IMG/VR virus record: IMGVR_UViG_3300031654_000003
Coordinates: 1 to 57,775 of that record
Length of the DNA: 57,775 nucleotides
Source: a virus
Lineage: Duplodnaviria > Caudoviricetes
Reading direction: 5' to 3' (one strand)
In this document: piece by piece, positions 17,794-26,573 of the stretch
Layout: each line of letters begins with the position of its first letter
Position numbering within the stretch: the stretch's first letter is position 1
Program-made: the position numbers and the translations under genes
The notes under the pieces: generated by a model
Databases searched by the model: none
What the model saw: the letters and a program-made list of their open reading frames with translations, nothing else
Told to the model about the DNA's origin: nothing

Positions 17794-18060
17794 TCAACCG
17801 GATTTTGAGGTCTTTTTCTTCCGAGAGGCGACACCTTGTCTTAAAGGTGCTTCGAGTGCACCAATCAAACCAAGACATAGCTGCCGGTCAGGATTGTTTG
17901 TCGATTTCAAAATGTATTGATAATTTATTGGTAGATTAGCAAATGTCTCGATTGCAGCCTCCAATATCCTGTATTTCGGCTTGCCGAGCCTTCCATATAA
18001 TTGGTCAAACATATCTGCAAATTCCTCACTAATATCAAAGCTAAAAGAAATTCTTCGCAT
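17794..18060 (-). CDS. Ribbon-helix-helix-like regulator (candidate repressor)
   Basis: RISFSFDISEE beta strand then two helices (KYRILEAAIETF); AAGGAG SD; divergent from early operon. Confidence 0.6.
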   Translation of the reverse strand: MRRISFSFDISEEFADMFDQLYGRLGKPKYRILEAAIETFANLPINYQYILKSTNNPDRQLCLGLIGALEAPLRQGVASRKKKTSKSG

Positions 18061-18177
18061 TTTTTCTCCTTTTTTTATATAAATCTAAATCTTTACAAAT
18101 TAAGAATAATCAAGCATTTACAGCACTTTCAACCCTAAAATATGATTATTATTCAAGACTTTTCTACTGGATTTTCC

Positions 18178-18350
18178 TTGACTTTTACCAACACTATTTG
18201 TAAAATACCCGTAACAATATAGGAGATTGTCCTATGGCAGAAACAGTTAATAAACCACAAAAGACTTTGAGGCTCAGAGAGTACGCTGTTTCTGCCAAGA
18301 AAACATACCTCTGCTTTCTGAGCCTTCTTATTTTTTGGAGTCCTCCATGA
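18178..18350 (+). promoter_or_regulatory. Early promoter, 38-aa leader ORF (18234-18350) and attenuator-like fold
   Basis: TTGACT-N17-TAAAAT; AGGAG SD; interleaved 12-bp and 14-bp inverted repeats, T-tract. Confidence 0.75.
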
Positions 18351-18420
18351 CAGCGAATGTACTGTTTTGCTGCCATGATAGGAATTATACATAGTTTATC
18401 TAAATTAACAAGGGAAATTT

Positions 18421-19368
18421 ATGAAAATCAAAGTCGCTGATTTAGAACCTAATCCATATCGCAAAATAAAAGAATATCCTATTGATAGAATAAAGGTTGA
18501 AGCTCTAAAGACTTCAATCAAAGAAAAGGGATTTTGGGCCTCTTTACCAGCGAGAAAAAATAATGGCAAATATGAATTAGCTTGTGGACATCATAGATGG
18601 TTTGCTTTGAAAGAACTCGGAATTGAAGAAGTTGAAATAACGATAGAAGATTATACCGATGGTGAGATGATACGCATTATGGCAGAGGAAAATCTTGACT
18701 GGTCAACAAGTCCGGCAGTAACCACACAAACGATTCAAACAGCTAAAGAATATATTGATAATGAATTACAAAAAAGTGAATGGTCAACATCTGATAAAAA
18801 TATCAGATGTTTGTTCATAAATCAAACAGCTTTTACTGAAAGTAAAACGAAAGGTGTAGGTAGAGATATTATCCTTAAATTTCTCGGCGGCAATTGGAAA
18901 TCTTGGATGGTTCAAGAGGCTTTGGTCTTTATCAAAGATTATGATACATATCTTGATAAAGAAGCGGTTGAAACTATTCCTACCATGTTTCAGGCTCGTA
19001 CATTTCGCCAGAACGTAGAAACCTACGAGATACCCAAAAAGCAACAACGCCAACTTGCGAAAAAAATAAGAGAAAAAGATATTGGCAAAAGAGATATTCC
19101 GAAATTTGTCAGGGACAATGCTACAAAACCACAGGACAAAAAGAAAAAAGATATCCAATCAGAACGAATTAAAAAACTGATTGAAAACATAGACTCTCAA
19201 TCACGGTCTTTATTCAACAATATAATCAATCTACGAAGGTATATGAAACAGATGGAAATTGAAGAAATAAGAGGCGTGAAAGTTTGGTTGGCAAAAAGTT
19301 CATTAAATAGATTGTTTAAGGAATTGGAAAGATTAAGAGAAGGGAGTCAACATGAGGCCGTTAGCTGA
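18421..19368 (+). CDS. ParB/Srx N-terminal domain protein
   Basis: LEPNPYR...LKTSIKEKG...YELACGHHRWFA...EN. Confidence 0.85.
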   Translation: MKIKVADLEPNPYRKIKEYPIDRIKVEALKTSIKEKGFWASLPARKNNGKYELACGHHRWFALKELGIEEVEITIEDYTDGEMIRIMAEENLDWSTSPAVTTQTIQTAKEYIDNELQKSEWSTSDKNIRCLFINQTAFTESKTKGVGRDIILKFLGGNWKSWMVQEALVFIKDYDTYLDKEAVETIPTMFQARTFRQNVETYEIPKKQQRQLAKKIREKDIGKRDIPKFVRDNATKPQDKKKKDIQSERIKKLIENIDSQSRSLFNNIINLRRYMKQMEIEEIRGVKVWLAKSSLNRLFKELERLREGSQHEAVS

Positions 19369-19861
19369 AATAACTGATAATTGTTTAGAATATATGAAAC
19401 CACATGAATTATGGTCTTGGGAGGATTGGTGGGAGAAAGTCATTAAAAATGGCGAAATACCTTCTCGTAAAACATACGCTTATGAAAAGTTTATAGATGA
19501 GCGTAATAAGATAAAAATAAATATAAACAACGAATTAAAAAGAAGGAAAGTGCCAGAAAGATTAATGTGTCCAGGTTCAGGTCAAGGAATTTATTTAGTT
19601 TGCGAAGATGATGTCGCTGAAATTACCGCAGACAAAAGAGTTAGGAAAATTGTTAGCACTTTTGAGATAAGCCACAAGGAAATGTCGCTATTAGCTGTAT
19701 GCAATAAAATTAGCGAAGAAGATAAAAAAATGTTACTTCGGTTAAGTGACATGGTTGAATTACAACAAAACACAATGATAGGAACAATGTCCAAAATGCG
19801 GTCTTTACCACCAGCAACAAAAAAACGCCTATTAAAAAAATTAGGCATAGATAGTAAATAG
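19352..19861 (+). CDS. Hypothetical partner of ParB-like gene
   Basis: GGGAG SD, overlaps ParB-like stop. Confidence 0.65.
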   Translation: MRPLAEITDNCLEYMKPHELWSWEDWWEKVIKNGEIPSRKTYAYEKFIDERNKIKININNELKRRKVPERLMCPGSGQGIYLVCEDDVAEITADKRVRKIVSTFEISHKEMSLLAVCNKISEEDKKMLLRLSDMVELQQNTMIGTMSKMRSLPPATKKRLLKKLGIDSK

Positions 19862-19953
19862 TGCTGCCATGACCGAATTATATGGATTTATTGAGAAAAG
19901 TCAAGATATTAAAAAAGGCTATAGCCTACTTTTGCCTTTTTTGAGGTTAAATT

Positions 19954-20169
19954 ATGGATAAAAATGATATTGATATTTTTAGTCGATGTACTGCTGAATT
20001 TAGAAATTCGGTAATAGTTTTTGGTGAAATATTAAAACTTGATATCGAAAAGCAATCAATGGAAGCAGCCAATAGAGAAAGACAATCTCATGGTTATTCT
20101 GATGCTTACGGAGAAGATGCTTTTGTAACATTATCTAATCGTATGGAAGAAATAATAAAACGTGGATGA
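19954..20169 (+). CDS. Hypothetical protein
   Basis: MEAANRER...AYGEDAF motif; GAGG SD. Confidence 0.6.
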   Translation: MDKNDIDIFSRCTAEFRNSVIVFGEILKLDIEKQSMEAANRERQSHGYSDAYGEDAFVTLSNRMEEIIKRG

Positions 20170-20207
20170 AGTTGAGTTGGATTTAAGAAAGTCAAGGAGA
20201 AAAGATT

Positions 20208-20456
20208 ATGGCTAAATTTGAAATAGGACAAGAAGTTGCCGTAAAAAAAGGCAAAACATCAAACTTGACATTGCACATAATGGAACGCCAAGAATTTACC
20301 TGTTTCTCTGGTACACAGATAATCTATAAAGGACGTGTTTGGTTTGATGATTCACATTTTCCCACTAAACGCTGGACTTTGACATCAAAAGATACAATGA
20401 CATTTTACGAAGATGAACTTGAGCTATTGACAGAAAAACCCGTTGAGCCGGATTAG
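20208..20456 (+). CDS. Small SH3-like protein (DUF2158-like)
   Basis: KFEIGQEV...FYEDELE. Confidence 0.55.
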   Translation: MAKFEIGQEVAVKKGKTSNLTLHIMERQEFTCFSGTQIIYKGRVWFDDSHFPTKRWTLTSKDTMTFYEDELELLTEKPVEPD

Positions 20457-20703
20457 CATTGTAATTATTAACTTTTATGAAAGGGCAAACCTATGAATGC
20501 GAGAAAACATCATGAGAACGTATTAAATTATCGAACCGGCCACTGTAGGCCAATTTACAACAACAAATAACCGCCGCGACACCGGCCAGAAAAGTGAAAC
20601 AAAATAATAGAAGCATAAAATTTTTGGGCGTCCCGTACACTAACGGCCAAGAATAGAAAGCTCCGAGGGCGGGAGTAGGGGCGGAATTATAAAAGAGGTC
20701 TAT

Positions 20704-21207
20704 ATGCGGCAATATCGGGGAATGACGAAAGAGAAGAAATGGATTTACGGCTATTACTTCGCAGATGATGAAGAAGGTACAGCTTTTATTATTCGAGACG
20801 TTGATTGTACTGGTGGGCTGATTAGGGAGGATGACCGATATGGACGATTTATTAAAGATTTCGTTGAGGTTGACCCAGAAACGGTAGGGGAGTTCACCGG
20901 CCTTCACGATAAAAACGGCAAAGAAATCTATGGGGTAGTCGGAGAAAAAGGCGGGGATATTTGCAAGATTAAAGGAGGAACGAGTATATTTGTTGGAGGT
21001 GTACATCAAGGGAAATGGGAATGGGAACATATTTGCATGATACAATATCAACAAAATTCATGTCATTGGATTGGACAAATTATCGGAAATATAAAATCCA
21101 TATCATTACTTGATTGGTATGAATACGAGGTTATCGGTAATCAGTTTGAGCATCCCGACCTTTTCCCTGAGGGACAGGTAGCGGAGAAAGACAATGAATC
21201 TGTTTAA
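20704..21207 (+). CDS. YopX-family protein
   Basis: VDPETVGEFTGLHDKNGKEIY, EVIGNQFEHPDL. Confidence 0.9.
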   Translation: MRQYRGMTKEKKWIYGYYFADDEEGTAFIIRDVDCTGGLIREDDRYGRFIKDFVEVDPETVGEFTGLHDKNGKEIYGVVGEKGGDICKIKGGTSIFVGGVHQGKWEWEHICMIQYQQNSCHWIGQIIGNIKSISLLDWYEYEVIGNQFEHPDLFPEGQVAEKDNESV

Positions 21208-21306
21208 GCTCATTTTGTTTTGGGTATTAGAGATAATAGCCTTTGTCTGGAGCCTTCCTTGTATCCCTTTGCGAGCAGGGCTGGATAGGCTCGATAAGGA
21301 GTAAAA

Positions 21307-21564
21307 ATGCGAATAAGTGAACTTAAAACAACAAAAGAAGTGGCATACAAACTTTGTATTCCAGTTTCGATATTGAGAAATAATGTATCAACAGGAATTA
21401 TACCTAAACCCAAAATTCGTATAGGCATGTCTTTTTTATGGACACCAGAGGAAGTTGAGATGGCTCGGCAAATAAGAAATAAAATATCAACTGGAGATAA
21501 TAGACGTGCTGGTCAAAAAGCAGCTTTTTTGATGTTAGAAAATACAAACGAGGCTGAAAAATGA
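21307..21564 (+). CDS. Excisionase-like winged HTH protein
   Basis: TTKEVAYKL.I..S.LR...GIIPKP.....FLWTPEEV; near integrase. Confidence 0.65.
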   Translation: MRISELKTTKEVAYKLCIPVSILRNNVSTGIIPKPKIRIGMSFLWTPEEVEMARQIRNKISTGDNRRAGQKAAFLMLENTNEAEK

Positions 21565-21803
21565 CCGAGAAAAAAATAGAAGATTTATCAAAAGAGGAAT
21601 TGCTTATTCTTGTTAAGCAGATGGAGATAACTCAATTTCGCTTAATTGTAGAAAATGCTTTTTTGCAGCAATATTTTCCTGTTGTTGTTTTACATCAAGA
21701 AAAAATATTAGATTATTTGGATAGGCATTTGGCTATTATGAAAGATTTAATAACTTTATACACACAACTAAAACCAGATAATAAGCCCGCCAAGCAAGGC
21801 TGA
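21561..21803 (+). CDS. Hypothetical protein
   Basis: Coupled ORF. Confidence 0.5.
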   Translation: MTEKKIEDLSKEELLILVKQMEITQFRLIVENAFLQQYFPVVVLHQEKILDYLDRHLAIMKDLITLYTQLKPDNKPAKQG

Positions 21804-21814
21804 AAGAGAGAAAA

Positions 21815-22078
21815 ATGGCTGAGAAATTAAATGCGATAGAATGCAAAATTGGAATTGGAGATAAAATCATTACTACTTTTATGGACTTTGATGGAGCAGG
21901 TATTTTAATCAAGCCATCAAGTTCTAACCATAAAATAGGCGAGTATGCTATCAAGGAATTGCATCCAGGAATACATAAGCCTGAAAATGGAGAAATTTAT
22001 CTCAAATTCACTAAAAGAGATAGTCTTTTAGTTCTTATAGAAGCAGCAATTAAAGCATATTTTGAATTAAAAGATTAA
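21815..22078 (+). CDS. Hypothetical protein
   Basis: Co-oriented ORF. Confidence 0.55.
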   Translation: MAEKLNAIECKIGIGDKIITTFMDFDGAGILIKPSSSNHKIGEYAIKELHPGIHKPENGEIYLKFTKRDSLLVLIEAAIKAYFELKD

Positions 22079-22116
22079 CAATAACGCTCTTTGACAATTT
22101 AAGGAACGGTTTGCAG

Positions 22117-23088
22117 CTAACAATCAAGTACCTTAGTAGCATCAGCAAGGTCAGCAGTTAGGATATGGGCATAAATCTGCTCTGTAGTACGTATGGATTT
22201 ATGTCCTAACAATCTTGACACTACTATCACAGGGACACCCTTACGAAGAAGCTGTGTTGCAAAGTAATGACGCAGTGAATGAGGCCCGAACTTTGGAACT
22301 CCAGCTTTCTGGGCGAGTCGAGAAAATGATAGCCACAAAGCGTTGCGAGTACCGAGTTTTAGCTTCGGCAGAACTTGGCAGGCAGTTTCATTTAAGGGAA
22401 TAGTCCTTTGTTTTCGGCCTTTGCCGACAATAGTGATGGTGTTCATTTCAAGGTTAATATCCTTAGCTGATAACTTTGAAAACTCAGTTGCCCGAAGTCC
22501 GGTATTTGCTAAAAAGATTATCCGGTCCCGTGCTAAAGGCGTAGCAACATCCAATATCTTCTGATATTCCTCTGGTTCAATAAAACGTGAGGCAGGGGGG
22601 TCTTCTTTCAGCATCTTGACTTTCATAGCCGGATTAGGAATATCGTACCGATCTGAATTGTACCGACAGAATGCCTTAATGGGTGTCAAGTGTGCATTGA
22701 GAGTACGATTGATATCTCCCTTGTCTCTAAGCCGATGAAGATACTCCTGAATGTAATGAGGTTCTATCTGCTGAATACGATAGATGGTTTTGGGCAGAGA
22801 TTCGATAAACTTCGATAAGACATATTGGTAATGCTGCTGGGTTCTTGATGTATGACGCTTGCAGTAAGTCAGGTAGTCAGATAATGCTTGATTAATGGAT
22901 TCGCTGGGTGCAACCTCACTGTTGCGCCACAATCTTTCCTGTTCTTCGATGTCTGCGAAGAACTTAATGGCCTGGGCTTTCTCATAAAAAACCTTAGAGC
23001 CGGAAAAGATGATGTGCAATTTTCGGTTGGTGGCACGCCAACGAACCCGCCACTTTTTCAATTCTCTGATATATCCATAGCTTGCCAT
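22117..23088 (-). CDS. int: Tyrosine integrase
   Basis: NTGLR, VGKG, HSLRH, LLGH, TT..Y catalytic motifs; likely start MASYGY at 23088. Confidence 0.95.
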   Translation of the reverse strand: MASYGYIRELKKWRVRWRATNRKLHIIFSGSKVFYEKAQAIKFFADIEEQERLWRNSEVAPSESINQALSDYLTYCKRHTSRTQQHYQYVLSKFIESLPKTIYRIQQIEPHYIQEYLHRLRDKGDINRTLNAHLTPIKAFCRYNSDRYDIPNPAMKVKMLKEDPPASRFIEPEEYQKILDVATPLARDRIIFLANTGLRATEFSKLSAKDINLEMNTITIVGKGRKQRTIPLNETACQVLPKLKLGTRNALWLSFSRLAQKAGVPKFGPHSLRHYFATQLLRKGVPVIVVSRLLGHKSIRTTEQIYAHILTADLADATKVLDC

Positions 23089-23089
23089 C

Positions 23090-23343
23090 TTGACAGCACC
23101 ACGACAAAAATCTTGACAGAGTTTTGACAAAAGCAAAATCGGCAAATATTTTCTGCGCAGTCTGGAGTTCTAAATTCTTTATCCTCAATTGTTTACGCAT
23201 AAGCGGGCGAGGAGAATCGGACTCCTGACGACCAGCTTGGGAAATATATTAACATTCCCAAAATACCTTTTTATTAAGCAATATCGGCGATTAAAACCTT
23301 CAAAAACCACAAAATCAAGTCATTATTTGACATGACTTTGACA
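23090..23343 (+). promoter_or_regulatory. Arm-type repeats and IHF site around attP
   Basis: TTGACA at 23090, 23113, 23124, 23327, 23338 (ACGACA at 23101), 11-12 bp period; AATCAAGTCATTA (WATCAAN4TTR) at 23313-23325. Confidence 0.65.
23202..23243 (-). mobile_element. attP core: 3' half of tRNA-Gly(CCC)
   Basis: TTCCCAAGCTGGTCGTC-AGGAG-TCCGATT-CTCCT-CGCCCGCT; 5' half of tRNA absent; adjacent to int. Confidence 0.82.
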
Positions 23344-23356
23344 AGCTGCAAGAAAA

Positions 23357-23950
23357 TAGCCAGTGGCGGATGGAGTCAAAATTGGTGACTACTGGTCTGG
23401 CCAGCCCCTGATGCAGAATCACTCGCAGAGTAGGAAAGCTCTGTCCACTGGCTACAAATCTGCTGGCGGCGGCGTAAGTATGCGGCACGAGGGAACTATC
23501 GGTTGCCTAACAGAAAAACGCAATTCGCACCGATAGCCGAATTGCTAAACGTTATACAGGTAAAATCCTGTTCGCCAGCAGATGTTATTGTACCGTAAGG
23601 TATCCCATAGGGACTGCAAACCTAACAATACACATAGCCCCTGACGGAATATAAGCCCCAGCCAGCGGTGGGCTAAAACACTGGCAGAGTTTTTAACACC
23701 AGAACGGGGCGGGCGACGGAGACATTCGGATAAGTCCCGCCCTATGATTGTAAAGCCTATGTCAATTTTTGAACGCCGGAGAATTGATGGCATGTGACTA
23801 AGCTACGTAAGTGATTGAGGCGTGACGGTCGCCAGAGGCGGCAACTTTGAAAACTTAATACGCCAAGGACGGGACGGAAAGGAAGGATCCTGTCCTACGG
23901 AGAGCAACTATTAAACCTTTGACTCTGTTATGGTACAGACTATACGTCCC
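23357..23950 (+). ncRNA. Cluster of structured, partly tRNA-like non-coding elements
   Basis: About 600 nt without convincing ORF; perfect 10- and 11-bp closing stems with internal hairpins. Confidence 0.55.
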
Positions 23951-23978
23951 CCTTGGCTTTTATGAGAAAGGATTTATT

Positions 23979-24209
23979 ATGTCTAAAAAATTATCAGCAC
24001 GCGAAAAAAGGACAAAGGAACAAACACAATTGTTTAACCAAATTTGTAGTTATATGAGGCTTAATCAAGCCGTAACAAAATTCGGCAAAAACAAAGTTGC
24101 TTGGGCAATGAATAGATTCGTCACAAAACAACGTGACCTGAAAAATCTATTAGAAAAGCAAAAGAAACTTGAAGGTGACCTTGCCGAAGTGAAATCGAAA
24201 ATCGGTTAA
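23979..24209 (+). CDS. Small basic coiled-coil protein
   Basis: AAGGA SD before MSKKLS. Confidence 0.6.
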   Translation: MSKKLSAREKRTKEQTQLFNQICSYMRLNQAVTKFGKNKVAWAMNRFVTKQRDLKNLLEKQKKLEGDLAEVKSKIG

Positions 24210-24214
24210 AGAAG

Positions 24215-24523
24215 ATGTATAGCGAACATTCATTCCAAATACATAAAGAGCAATGCTCAGACCCGAACTGCGAGGTTGAGAGTTCTGATTTGAAGTATTG
24301 TGAGTGCGGCAAGGGATTCTGCCGAGCTTGTGCTGACACTGAATTTCATGCCTGTGAAGATTGCGGCTCGGAAGGCTGTGGTGACTGTGTCGTTTACAGC
24401 AGGGAATTTGAGATATGGATATGCGGCGGCTGTCTGCATGATAAGCAATTAGAGGCAGCAGCTACAAAGGCTAAAACAGGCAGCATATTTGCTTTTAGAA
24501 ATTATCTGAAAAGAAGGAGCTAA
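24215..24523 (+). CDS. Cys-rich zinc-finger protein
   Basis: Multiple CxxC pairs. Confidence 0.6.
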   Translation: MYSEHSFQIHKEQCSDPNCEVESSDLKYCECGKGFCRACADTEFHACEDCGSEGCGDCVVYSREFEIWICGGCLHDKQLEAAATKAKTGSIFAFRNYLKRRS

Positions 24524-24665
24524 AAATGCCATTCAAATCTTATAGAGAACAATCAAGAAATATAAATTGGGGAACTGACAAAACAGCATCATGGTTTAGT
24601 AATGCACGAAATTACTCGTCGGCTATATACAAAAGAGGAACTTGTTTTATAAAGTTTAGAAAAAA

Positions 24666-25001
24666 ATGAAAACTCTCTTTGACCAATCTGTTAAGTATCC
24701 GCCGGCAAGCCATAAGAACGACCCTATTACATCGTTCAAGGCTGAAGATAAGCATAAGCAATCCGGCAAATTTCAATACAGTGTTAATCAAGTAAGAGAA
24801 GCAATAATAAGATATCAAAGAACAATGATGAGACCGGATTTCACAGCCAAAGAACTGGCGGCGTTTATAAGCGAAGAAGAACAAATTGATTACTTCAGGC
24901 TTTATTATGTTATCGAAAAAAGACTGAGCGTGCTTGAACATATTTTAATAAAGAGGACATCGGAAGAACGCAATGGTTGCAAGGTTTGGCAGATTATTTG
25001 A
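24666..25001 (+). CDS. Winged-helix-like protein
   Basis: SHKNDPITSFKA...FTAKELA...KRLSVL. Confidence 0.6.
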   Translation: MKTLFDQSVKYPPASHKNDPITSFKAEDKHKQSGKFQYSVNQVREAIIRYQRTMMRPDFTAKELAAFISEEEQIDYFRLYYVIEKRLSVLEHILIKRTSEERNGCKVWQII

Positions 25002-25009
25002 GGTGAAGC

Positions 25010-25243
25010 ATGTTTGAAGAATTTGAAAAACACTGGAAACTTGTAGAGGAAAAACACGCAAATAAATGTGCAGATATAGCTTCAAAGAATACGGCGATTG
25101 AGTACATTCAATGGCAAAAAAGATTACGCAAAGAAGAATGGGAAGAATCCCTGCGATTGATTATTAAAAAATGGATGCAAAAGCCAGCAATACCAATGTC
25201 TGAATTGATTGACTGGATTAAACAAGAGCTTGGCGAAAGTTAG
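25010..25243 (+). CDS. Hypothetical protein
   Basis: GAGGTG SD. Confidence 0.55.
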   Translation: MFEEFEKHWKLVEEKHANKCADIASKNTAIEYIQWQKRLRKEEWEESLRLIIKKWMQKPAIPMSELIDWIKQELGES

Positions 25244-25251
25244 AGGGCAAA

Positions 25252-25926
25252 ATGGCTATAACAAAAGCACATCAAAGATATAGATTGAAACCAACAACGG
25301 AATTTCCAAAAGGTCGTATAGTACCAGGTGTTACTACTATTATAGATATTCTTAACAAGCCTGCACTTGTACCTTGGGCCAACAGAATCGGCTTGCAGGG
25401 AATTGATGTCAAGCGGTACGTTGACGACAAGGCCGATATAGGAACTCTCGCCCATGCCATGATAATAAACCAGCTACTCGGCAAGAAAACTGATACATCA
25501 GAATATAGCCAAAATCAAATAGATGCTGCCGAGAATGCCTGTCTTAGTTTCTATGAATGGCAGAAAAAACATAATCTTTTAATCACATCGGCAGAGGAAC
25601 CTTTGATAAGCCAGCAATACGGATTTGGTGGACAGTACGATATTTACGGAGTCATAGATAATACAAATGAGTTGTTAGACCTCAAAACAGGCTCTGGAAT
25701 CTGGCTTGACCATTATTACCAAATGGGAGGATATTTACTATTACTCAAGGAATACAATCGACCTGTTGACCAAGTACGAATCTTGAATATCCCACGCACC
25801 GAATCCGAAACATTTCAGGAAGTTACTTTATCGAAACCGGTGATGGAATTGGCGAAAATTATTTTTCTTCAATGTTTAGCAATTTACAATACTACAAAAG
25901 AAATGAACAGATTGGTAAAAAAATAA
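25252..25926 (+). CDS. PD-(D/E)XK exonuclease (phage recombination)
   Basis: PGVTTII, GTLAH, FGGQYD, LLDLKTG, YQ..Y. Confidence 0.85.
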   Translation: MAITKAHQRYRLKPTTEFPKGRIVPGVTTIIDILNKPALVPWANRIGLQGIDVKRYVDDKADIGTLAHAMIINQLLGKKTDTSEYSQNQIDAAENACLSFYEWQKKHNLLITSAEEPLISQQYGFGGQYDIYGVIDNTNELLDLKTGSGIWLDHYYQMGGYLLLLKEYNRPVDQVRILNIPRTESETFQEVTLSKPVMELAKIIFLQCLAIYNTTKEMNRLVKK

Positions 25927-26423
25927 TGATAAAGAAATTTGTACCTACAAAAGAAATACAGCGATTGTACAAAGAAGGATTATCTTTGAATGAAATTGGG
26001 GAACACATAGGTATATCTGGGCAGTCAGTCTGGATGCGATTAACAAAGTCTAAAATGAAGTTGCGAACTATATCCGAAGCCCAAAAAATAGCATACAAAA
26101 AAGGTCGGATGAAAAGTCAGAGGGGAGAAGATAATAATCAATGGAAGGGTGGACGATATCCAGATTCAAGAGGTTATATATATCTGTACACAGGAGTTAG
26201 AAATCGGAAAGTTTTTGAACATAGACTTATCTGGGAGAAACATCACGGCAAAATCCCGGATGGATGGATTATTCATCATTTGAATGGAATAAGAGATGAT
26301 AACAGAATAGAAAATTTGCAAGCTATACCCAGAAAACGCCACAATTCCATGTCAATAGTTGAACCATATCAAGAACGAATAAGAAAACTTGAGCAACAGT
26401 TGGCAAGGCTAATGAAAAGATGA
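25926..26423 (+). CDS. HTH + HNH homing endonuclease
   Basis: N-terminal HTH, NNQWKGGR, EHRLIWE...HHLNGIRDDNRIENL. Confidence 0.9.
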   Translation: MIKKFVPTKEIQRLYKEGLSLNEIGEHIGISGQSVWMRLTKSKMKLRTISEAQKIAYKKGRMKSQRGEDNNQWKGGRYPDSRGYIYLYTGVRNRKVFEHRLIWEKHHGKIPDGWIIHHLNGIRDDNRIENLQAIPRKRHNSMSIVEPYQERIRKLEQQLARLMKR

Positions 26424-26573
26424 GACGCATAACTTTACAGCAAATTGAAGAACTATCGGAGCGGGAAAGATTACAGCTTAGAGCCTATATCAATAATCAT
26501 TTAGGTAGTTTGTATAAAAGAATGAACCAAAAATCAGACGTAGAAAGACAAATAGAAAGTGAGGCAAAAGATT

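Noticed and set aside
20530-20690. Structured RNA upstream of YopX
   Set aside because: Only short CGGCCA repeats and a weak stem; not enough support
20491-21054. 187-aa minus-strand ORF
   Set aside because: Shadow of YopX
23202-23260. Intact tRNA-Gly gene
   Set aside because: 5' acceptor strand and D-arm missing; interpreted as attP
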